Positions 56,989 to 64,000 of a stretch of DNA of 64,000 nt are shown piece by piece. Positions within the stretch are counted from its first letter, which is position 1, and every line of letters begins with the position of its first letter. The position numbers and the translations under genes are program-made. Origin of the DNA: a virus. Where the stretch lies: IMG/VR virus record IMGVR_UViG_3300025574_000001, positions 7,328-71,327 of that record; one strand, given 5' to 3'. The notes under the pieces were generated by a model. The model searched no databases and was not told the DNA's origin. It worked only from the letters and a program-made list of their open reading frames with translations.

Positions 56989-57549
56989 ATGAACGCGCCA
57001 ACAATCTTCCAGGAACAAGCGCACTATCGCAAGATCTTCGTCAAGCACAACGGCGATGGTCCCTGGGCATGTTTCTTCTGTGGTGATGAAGTATCGCGTG
57101 TGGAGAAGGATACACGCTTCCGTCTCGCGATTCATCATAAGAATCACAACCATGATGATGATCGAAAATTGAATTTAAAGCCAGCGCATAATTCATGTCA
57201 TTCACGGCATCATTCAATTGGACGTAAACATACACCTGAGACTCGTGCAAAACAACGTGCGGCAAGTATGGGGAATCAGCATGGTCTTAATCCTTCTGAT
57301 GAGACACGTGAAAAACTTCGTGTAGCATCGACTGGCAGACTTGGTCCTAATAGAGGAAAAATTCCATGGAACAAAGGCGCGGTCACACCCGATGAAGTAC
57401 GTGCAAAGATAAGTGAAGCACATAAAGGAAAAATCCTGTCACCGGAGACGCGTGCAAAAATAAGTAAAATTCACAGAGGAAAACCTAAGTCACCAGAGAC
57501 ACGGGCACGTATGAGTGATGCGGCAAAACGACGGAAGGTATCGCTATGA
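56989..57549 (+). CDS. HNH endonuclease with NUMOD3 repeats
   Basis: GPWACFFC...IHHKNHNHDDDRKLNL..AHNSCHSRHH, plus four ETR(A/E)K-type repeats. Confidence 0.88.
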   Translation: MNAPTIFQEQAHYRKIFVKHNGDGPWACFFCGDEVSRVEKDTRFRLAIHHKNHNHDDDRKLNLKPAHNSCHSRHHSIGRKHTPETRAKQRAASMGNQHGLNPSDETREKLRVASTGRLGPNRGKIPWNKGAVTPDEVRAKISEAHKGKILSPETRAKISKIHRGKPKSPETRARMSDAAKRRKVSL

Positions 57550-58940
57550 GCACTATGCAAACCGGCACTGAGGATGGTCCTACTTCAGAACGCGGGTACC
57601 CTCAGGATTTCCCAATGAACTGGAACATGTGGTCCGCTGATATGCAGGAATCGGCAGGTGATCTTCGGTGGCCGAACAGCATCAACGTGTATCACAAGAT
57701 GAGGACTGATGCGCAGATCTTCGCACTCACATCAGCCATCTCATTGCCAATTCGAAGTTCACGATGGGTCATCGACCCAAATGGTTCACGGGATGAAGTG
57801 ACGGAACTTGTTGCGAACGCAATGGGTCTTCCTATCAAAGGTCAAGAGGAACCGGCACCACGTAGTCGTCTTCGCTTTAATCACGATGAACATCTTGCAC
57901 ACGCGTTGCTTGCACTCATCTATGGATTCATGTTCTTTGAAGAAGTTGGTGAAATCAATGCGCAGATGCAGTGGCAGTTGACGAAACTCGCGCCACGTAT
58001 GCCACAGTCAATTCAGAAGATCAATGTGGATAAGGTCGGTGAACTTATTTCCATCGCGCAGTATTCGCGCCCAGGCGAACCAATGATGGAAGGTTTGGTC
58101 ATCCCAGCAAATGCACTCGCACCATACATATGGGGTAAGGAAGGTGCGAACTGGCTTGGACGTTCACTTCTTCGACCGTGTTATCGACACTGGCTCTTGA
58201 AGGACCGATTGATTCGTGTTGACGCGATGAAGAATGAACGATTCGGAATGGGTGTTCCAGTCGCCACCGCACCACAGGGCGCCACACGTGAGACCGTAGA
58301 ACGATATGCAGCGATGGCGCGGTCGGCGCGTGGTGATCCACAAGCCGGTGCGGGTATGGCGGCAGGTTCGAAGTTTTCAATTGAGGGTGTCACAGGAACG
58401 TTGCCTGACATTCTTAAGTCCATTACATATCACGATGAACAGATGGCGCGTTCATTCTTGGCAATGTTCCTTGGCCTTGGACAAGCAACACATGGTTCAC
58501 GTGCCCTGGGTGAATCATTCGTTGACTTCTTCAAGATGAGTGTTGATGCAACGGCAGGATGGTACAAGTCTTGCACAAACAAAAACGTCATCGAAGACAT
58601 TGTGAATTGGAACTACGGCATTGATGAGAACGCACCGCAGATCACCTGGGACGAAGATCCTGAATCACGTATGGATGCAACGGATCTTGTGGCATTGATT
58701 GAGAGCGGCACCATCGTCGTTGACAAAGAACTTCGCACATGGATCTCTGACAGGTGGGGTGTTAGTGACCCGGGTGCTGGCACGCCTGATCCTCCGGGTC
58801 CAAGTCCCACAGTTCAGTTGGTTCCTAACCTTCTCCCAGGTGAAAAGATTCCTGCACTTCCCGCTGGTGCTGCCCAAGCACGCGCACACCGCGCTGAAAT
58901 GCGTCGGCGTGAACGGTGGGATTCACAAAACGGCGGATGA
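57546..58940 (+). CDS. Portal protein (DUF935 / Mu gp29-like)
   Basis: YHKMRTDAQI, ALIYGFMFFEEV, GRSLLRPCY and GSRALGE. Follows TerL. Confidence 0.9.
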   Translation: MSTMQTGTEDGPTSERGYPQDFPMNWNMWSADMQESAGDLRWPNSINVYHKMRTDAQIFALTSAISLPIRSSRWVIDPNGSRDEVTELVANAMGLPIKGQEEPAPRSRLRFNHDEHLAHALLALIYGFMFFEEVGEINAQMQWQLTKLAPRMPQSIQKINVDKVGELISIAQYSRPGEPMMEGLVIPANALAPYIWGKEGANWLGRSLLRPCYRHWLLKDRLIRVDAMKNERFGMGVPVATAPQGATRETVERYAAMARSARGDPQAGAGMAAGSKFSIEGVTGTLPDILKSITYHDEQMARSFLAMFLGLGQATHGSRALGESFVDFFKMSVDATAGWYKSCTNKNVIEDIVNWNYGIDENAPQITWDEDPESRMDATDLVALIESGTIVVDKELRTWISDRWGVSDPGAGTPDPPGPSPTVQLVPNLLPGEKIPALPAGAAQARAHRAEMRRRERWDSQNGG

Positions 58941-60763
58941 CCATTCACCAAGTCCCAGTGTGGGAACTGTTTCCTACACGCGTGCAAGCGACAACTGATC
59001 CCACAACACTCGCTGAACTATTCGCACTTCTTAACGTCACTGACGCAACTGATGAAGAACAGTTACCGGCACTCTTCGATTACATCGACTCACCATTGTG
59101 GTTGTCTGCGTCCATCATCCTTATGGATGAAGTGGATGTGTTCCTCTATGCTCACGTTAAGATTGATGGTTCATATGTGCAAGCGGTGTTTGATGAGAGT
59201 GAAGAACGTGACGCGTCAGGCAAGTGGGTTGGCAATGGTGTATCATTCGCTAAGACGCAAGCGCGTGTGAGATTGCAGATACTTGGCAATCAAGCGCGCA
59301 CGATGTCAGGGTTGAATAAGAACGCACCAGTGATGATCGCTATCAACAAGGTGCCACAAGGAAGTACCACACCTCCGTATTCCAAAGATGAACACAGTGC
59401 TAGCAAAGAAACACATCACTGGGAGGATATGCCGACTGCATCTGACAATGACGCTGTGAAGACGGAAGGTGCAATCGTTTACATTCAAGTCACGGGCACC
59501 AAGGATAACTTCGTTGGGTGGATGGGAACTGGCAGTGTGGCACCCGTGTTGTTGTCAATGAATGGTGTTGACCTCTACAATAAGGATGGCACGCCAGCAG
59601 AAGGTGCGCCACTTGTACCCACTGTCATTCCTGGAGGAAAAGTACCGGGTGCACCAAAACCACAGGGCATCTCAAAGAAGGTTGAAGGTGATCACACTGG
59701 ACTTAACCTTAGTATTCCTGGTGTGTATGATCGTGAAGCGGCAGTTGCAAGTGCAAGAGAAGTTGGTCAGAAAATAGTGGATGCACAACTACTTGTTACA
59801 AAGGGTACTTCATCTAGTAGTCAAGATTTTGTAGATGCAGGAAAGTTAAAAGCGAATGTCGCTGCCACAATTGCCGCTAAGATGGGTGATAAGTATGATG
59901 CACAGATCATGCCTGAGGTTCGTGTACCCGGTGATCCTAATGGTGCAACGTATGCAGAGAAAAGTTTTTCAACTAAGTCAGCATCTGAACTTTTCACAAA
60001 GAATGATGTGTGGGAAAAGTACAATGCGCCAGATAGCACCACCAGATATAAGTATGTAGGTACGTTAGGTCAAACAGTTGTTGGACGTACATATGAAAAT
60101 GGTGGTATTCAAAATGTAGAGACAGTGGTCACTCTTGGACCAAAGGCACTTGGCCTTGGTAAAACGGGTGTAAGAACAAACATCACCGGCGACACACCCG
60201 AAGTTGCACAAGCACAACGTGAGGAAGGCGTAAGTAGTCTTGTTCACTTATGGGCACAGTCATCAAATGATGAACACCCAGTATCACTTGCTGTTCAAAA
60301 CTCTGCGGTTAAAGAATTTGGTCTTCCTGATACAAAAGCATGGGGTAAGGGTGGTTCACTTATGAAGAATGCAATTGTTCAAGTAGAGGCTGCAAAAGGT
60401 GAGGCTCTTCAAGCATTCTTACGCGCACAGTACGACGCCACACAGGAATTTTTTAAAGCGCAAGGTATCACCGCGGTGACGTTGTTTCGAGGTTTTAAAT
60501 CAAGTTCCACTGCGTTAAAAGCAAACTCAGGTGACCAAGTTAAAGTACAGATGAGACCGTTATCTTCATTCTCTTATTCGAGACAACAGGCGAATAAATT
60601 TGGTGGTGGTGGACCGAACAAGGTTCTTATCGTTGGTGTGATACCAATTGAAAACATTCTCTCAACGTCTCTCACAGGTGTCGGTTGTCAGAGTGAAGCA
60701 GAAGTTGTTGTGATTGGTGGAAAGAACATCTACACTCTTGACGCCAGGGCAGGAGGTTATTAA
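58937..60763 (+). CDS. Head-module protein with a C-terminal ADP-ribosyltransferase-like domain
   Basis: FDESEERDASGKW motif; C-terminus TLFRG...PLSSFS...ANKF...SEAEVVV. Confidence 0.65.
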   Translation: MTIHQVPVWELFPTRVQATTDPTTLAELFALLNVTDATDEEQLPALFDYIDSPLWLSASIILMDEVDVFLYAHVKIDGSYVQAVFDESEERDASGKWVGNGVSFAKTQARVRLQILGNQARTMSGLNKNAPVMIAINKVPQGSTTPPYSKDEHSASKETHHWEDMPTASDNDAVKTEGAIVYIQVTGTKDNFVGWMGTGSVAPVLLSMNGVDLYNKDGTPAEGAPLVPTVIPGGKVPGAPKPQGISKKVEGDHTGLNLSIPGVYDREAAVASAREVGQKIVDAQLLVTKGTSSSSQDFVDAGKLKANVAATIAAKMGDKYDAQIMPEVRVPGDPNGATYAEKSFSTKSASELFTKNDVWEKYNAPDSTTRYKYVGTLGQTVVGRTYENGGIQNVETVVTLGPKALGLGKTGVRTNITGDTPEVAQAQREEGVSSLVHLWAQSSNDEHPVSLAVQNSAVKEFGLPDTKAWGKGGSLMKNAIVQVEAAKGEALQAFLRAQYDATQEFFKAQGITAVTLFRGFKSSSTALKANSGDQVKVQMRPLSSFSYSRQQANKFGGGGPNKVLIVGVIPIENILSTSLTGVGCQSEAEVVVIGGKNIYTLDARAGGY

Positions 60764-60765
60764 TA

Positions 60766-61854
60766 ATGACTGATGAAGTTGAAGAATTAGAGTATGATGA
60801 GGATGATGATAATGAAGATTGGATAAAGCCATATGCCTGGGATCTTTATCGTATGGGAACACTCATCACAACACTCGACGACCTTTTCTTTGTGAATGAT
60901 CTTGTTGACGCGAACCCAGATGATCAAGTTAAGTTCCTTGAAGAACTGATTGTGCTCCCGTGTTATGAAGCAGTCCCACCAGAGTTGGAGAAAGAAGTCA
61001 ATGCATTCTTAGACGCACAATCAAGTCTTATCACAGTCGTGAATGTACGGGCACGTCAACAGACACTTCACACGAACGTGATTGGACATCGTGAGCCTTC
61101 ACCCGTGGAGGCTGCTGCTAAGACAAATTTTGCGACCATTCAACAACAGTGGCAGAACCAGACTGATGCACTTGTGCAACAGTATTCCGCTGTGCGTGAC
61201 CAACAGATTCAAGAACTCTCTGACCAGATTCAAGAAGCGGTTGACAATGGTGATGTGGATGCGCTTGCTGCAATCATGGCCGACACCACTGGTGAAGATC
61301 TTATTGCACAGCACATGACACAGATGATGGAGAACGCAATCGTCACAGCGAAGACAGAAGCGCAATCCCAGGGAGTGATGATCCCATTGATTAACACTGC
61401 GGACTTGACGAAACAAATGTCGAACCAAGCAAGTGCAGTCGCGGGTCTTATGAATCGAAGTATCTCTAACACCGCAGCCACACAAGCATTGACAAGATAT
61501 GGTGTGCAGAATCTTTCGGGTGCTGAAGTTGCGGGCGCTGTGACGGAACACTTACAAGATCTTTCACCCGCGTACCTCAATGATATGTTGGGTGGTGCGT
61601 TAACACAAGCGCAAAACGCGGGACGCATTGAAGTAATGCAACAAGCACCTGGTGATGCATATAGTTCAGAGTTGTTAGACGAATCAACTTGTGAAGAGTG
61701 TGAAGCGATTGACGGGACTGAGTATGATTCATTAGCAGATGCACAATTGGATTATCCCACAGGAGGTTATTCTGAATGCCTCGGTGGACCGAGATGTCGT
61801 GGAACTATCGTGATGGTTTACGCTGAGGCTGATTCATCTGATTCTTCCTCTTAA
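60766..61854 (+). CDS. MuF-like minor head (morphogenesis) protein
   Basis: TQAQNAGR...YSSELLDESTCEECEAIDG...CLGGPRCRGTIV. Confidence 0.85.
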   Translation: MTDEVEELEYDEDDDNEDWIKPYAWDLYRMGTLITTLDDLFFVNDLVDANPDDQVKFLEELIVLPCYEAVPPELEKEVNAFLDAQSSLITVVNVRARQQTLHTNVIGHREPSPVEAAAKTNFATIQQQWQNQTDALVQQYSAVRDQQIQELSDQIQEAVDNGDVDALAAIMADTTGEDLIAQHMTQMMENAIVTAKTEAQSQGVMIPLINTADLTKQMSNQASAVAGLMNRSISNTAATQALTRYGVQNLSGAEVAGAVTEHLQDLSPAYLNDMLGGALTQAQNAGRIEVMQQAPGDAYSSELLDESTCEECEAIDGTEYDSLADAQLDYPTGGYSECLGGPRCRGTIVMVYAEADSSDSSS

Positions 61855-62380
61855 CATCCGGGTAGTCGTAACGACGATGACATGATGTGCAGAGTTCTAA
61901 GTAATCATTTCGTCGCGATGTGTAATGACGACCATCTATCCAGATGAATTCAGTTCTCCCATGGATAAGCGCAAGTTCTTTGGCAGTACCACCGCAATGT
62001 TCACACACACCAATCCATCGTTCTTTCTTATGACGTCCGTGCCATGTGCCGTATGAAAGTACATGATCATATCGACACTTGAGAGAACAGAAGTTCATCT
62101 TAAACGATTCTGATTTTGCACACGTGAAATTTTTCTTACATCGAGGACATGTCTTTGTCACACGTCGTCCTATTGTTCGATTGCCAACCTTCTTATGAAA
62201 TTCTGAACTGGAATGCCAGCACAGCAATGAACAGTATTGATTCTTTGCAGGACTCTTACATGTCTTACACTTATTTCTTTTAACTGGTCCACCGCGTCGT
62301 TTTGCCCAACGGTTTATTGCTGCACATGACTTACATCGTGGTCCTCGCACAATTTGTTTTTGACAATCAAGACATTGCAT
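61805..62380 (-). CDS. HNH endonuclease with Zn-ribbon repeats (antisense insertion)
   Basis: CxxC repeats and YCS/FCS motifs; C-terminal CEHC...NDYLELCTSCHRRYD. Confidence 0.75.
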   Translation of the reverse strand: MQCLDCQKQIVRGPRCKSCAAINRWAKRRGGPVKRNKCKTCKSPAKNQYCSLLCWHSSSEFHKKVGNRTIGRRVTKTCPRCKKNFTCAKSESFKMNFCSLKCRYDHVLSYGTWHGRHKKERWIGVCEHCGGTAKELALIHGRTEFIWIDGRHYTSRRNDYLELCTSCHRRYDYPDVKRKNQMNQPQRKPSR

Positions 62381-62433
62381 AACAATTATTTTAGCGTATT
62401 ACTTGACGTGTGTTACTACTTTCTGATGTGATG

Positions 62434-62446
62434 ACCCGCTATAGTT
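62434..62446 (+). promoter_or_regulatory. Promoter-like motif ACCCGCTATAGTT
   Basis: Identical 13-mer to the leftward motif at 36004-35992. Upstream of an AAGGAGG RBS. Confidence 0.55.
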
Positions 62447-62476
62447 CAACTCGATTCCCTACAAGGAGGAAGTGTA

Positions 62477-62854
62477 ATGACTTATCCTGTGATTCCGTCG
62501 GATACTCCGAGTTCATACATCAACCCGGACCCGACACCAACCATTGAAGAATTCAATGGCACACTGGTCGCCAACACTGTTGACGTGCTTACATTTACGT
62601 TGAATCACGTTGGCGTAAAGATCACGAACATCAGTGGTGCAGCCGTCATCAACTATACGGTGGATGGTAGCACACCTGCCGCTGGGACGTCGCCGGAGTT
62701 GGCTGCTATCGCTGGTGCGTCGGTCATCGTGTCGTTCGATAGTGAAGACCTCCCAGTTGTGAAGTTACTTTCAACCGGCGTACCCACCATCGCGGTGCAG
62801 GGTCTTGATGAACTTGAACTCTTGCAGGACGACCAGACTGTGCGTGACGCTTAG
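62477..62854 (+). CDS. Hypothetical beta-rich protein
   Basis: GVKITNISGAAVINYTVDGSTP. Strong RBS. Confidence 0.6.
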   Translation: MTYPVIPSDTPSSYINPDPTPTIEEFNGTLVANTVDVLTFTLNHVGVKITNISGAAVINYTVDGSTPAAGTSPELAAIAGASVIVSFDSEDLPVVKLLSTGVPTIAVQGLDELELLQDDQTVRDA

Positions 62855-62857
62855 CAC

Positions 62858-63217
62858 ATGTCTAACTGGGTGTCGCTTGATGCGATGGCAGAGAATGAAG
62901 CAAAACGTAATCCTCCCTACTTTGGTAGTGAGGTCAACAATCCTGACTGGACATATGAAGACCCAGCGGTAACAGTTACTCCAGGAGCACCTTCACCTGG
63001 TGAACTTTGGTTGCTTGCTGACTACGATCCTTTGTTCTACGTTGGCCTTATGGCGAAATACGGATACACGAACAATGCGTGGAAGGCAATTCAGAACGCG
63101 CCTCCTCCAATCAAACCTTACATCCCACCGCGACCTGTACCCGCATACATCAGTGGATTAGATGGAACTGGTGCTGGAGACTTCGATGGGTTGACTGCAC
63201 CGGAGTTCACCTCATGA
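62858..63217 (+). CDS. Hypothetical protein
   Basis: 119 aa Pro-rich ORF. Confidence 0.55.
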   Translation: MSNWVSLDAMAENEAKRNPPYFGSEVNNPDWTYEDPAVTVTPGAPSPGELWLLADYDPLFYVGLMAKYGYTNNAWKAIQNAPPPIKPYIPPRPVPAYISGLDGTGAGDFDGLTAPEFTS

Positions 63218-63243
63218 AACACAATGTAGTATCGTGTACATAC

Positions 63244-64000
63244 ATGAAGGTCATTGGGCAACCTACATTGGTGCGCGCATCGCTGTTAGCGCCTGAAGCA
63301 CCTGCACCTTTACTTGCTGAACAACCTGCTCTTGTCACTCTTCCCAACGTTGAACTTCTTGAGGTTGGCGAAGACTGGGCGTGTTCAACTGGTGTGTTCA
63401 CGTGGACGCTTGAAGATCTTCAATCGGCCATCGCTTCGCAAGATGACCCATTCGTTCGTACACCCATTGTAAAACTTGGACACACTGACCCAAGGTTTGA
63501 TGGGCAGCCCGCGTTGGCTTCAGTTGAGAATTTACACCTTTCTCCAAATGGTCAGACTCTCATTGGTGATTTGGTCGGTCTTCCACTTTGGCTTGCACAG
63601 TGTATGGCGTCTTCATATCCACGACGTTCAGTGGAAGGTTACTTTGCATATGGAACACGTGCAGGTAAAGAGTGGCCATTTGTTCTTACTGGACTTGCTC
63701 TCTTGGGTGAAGCATACCCTGCCATCGATAGTCTTGAGGACGTGAAGGCATTGTTCAGTGGTACACCGCCTATCCTCATTCCTCTTGAAGAGAACCCATT
63801 GATGTTGGCAGGAAACCCCTCTGGGCCAGTGGTCGCTGTGCCACTTCGTGACAGGGACTTGTATGTCAATGCGACTGCACCTAGGATCGTGCAGGCCGAT
63901 GTTTCAGTTGATGACATTAGGACTGCCTTTTACGACGGTCCCGCTGCATCGCCAGATATGTTCTGGTGGTGGATACGTGAGATTCGTATTGACCCCGCTG
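63244..64000 (+). CDS. Mu-like prohead protease (3' truncated)
   Basis: Open to the window end: VKLGHTDPRFDGQPAL...GDLVGLPLW...YPRRSVEG...VLTGLALLG...PAI. Not in the ORF track. Confidence 0.8.
   Translation, partial: MKVIGQPTLVRASLLAPEAPAPLLAEQPALVTLPNVELLEVGEDWACSTGVFTWTLEDLQSAIASQDDPFVRTPIVKLGHTDPRFDGQPALASVENLHLSPNGQTLIGDLVGLPLWLAQCMASSYPRRSVEGYFAYGTRAGKEWPFVLTGLALLGEAYPAIDSLEDVKALFSGTPPILIPLEENPLMLAGNPSGPVVAVPLRDRDLYVNATAPRIVQADVSVDDIRTAFYDGPAASPDMFWWWIREIRIDPA

Noticed and set aside
1-64000. Prophage or integrative element
   Set aside because: No integrase, att-like duplication or host housekeeping genes were seen. The remainder of the genome lies outside the window, so temperate status cannot be fully excluded.

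Overview
The whole window reads as part of a tailed-phage genome. It is probably a contractile-tailed (myovirus-like) phage of an Actinomycetota host; this is inferred from gene families, not proven. No integrase, tRNA or CRISPR array was seen. Layout: (1) 1-9.5 kb, baseplate and tail-fibre module with two NlpC/P60 hydrolases. (2) 10-31 kb, replication, recombination and nucleotide-metabolism module. (3) 31-36 kb, a leftward operon of small genes including ThyX. (4) About 36.0-36.5 kb, an iteron and AT-rich putative origin between divergent operons. (5) 36.6-44.6 kb, small early or accessory genes. (6) 44.6-51 kb, a second structural or fibre module. (7) 51-64 kb, TerS, a lysis-like cassette, TerL, portal, an ADP-ribosyltransferase-like protein, MuF and a head protease truncated by the window edge. 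The strongest signal is an apparent cytosine hypermodification pathway. It comprises a ThyA-fold enzyme with the dCMP-specifying Asp, a dNMP kinase, dCMP deaminase, a T4-gp56-like dCTPase/dUTPase, a separate ThyX, and a T4 beta-glucosyltransferase-like DNA glycosyltransferase. Next to the glycosyltransferase sit a GT75/STELLO-like protein, a GDP-mannose 3,5-epimerase-like enzyme and a C5-methyltransferase-fold protein with a remodelled SAM pocket. Together these suggest a non-glucose sugar on modified C. Independently, I found no AGCT tetramer anywhere in the window when reading by eye. All family assignments come from recalled motifs; no database searches were run.
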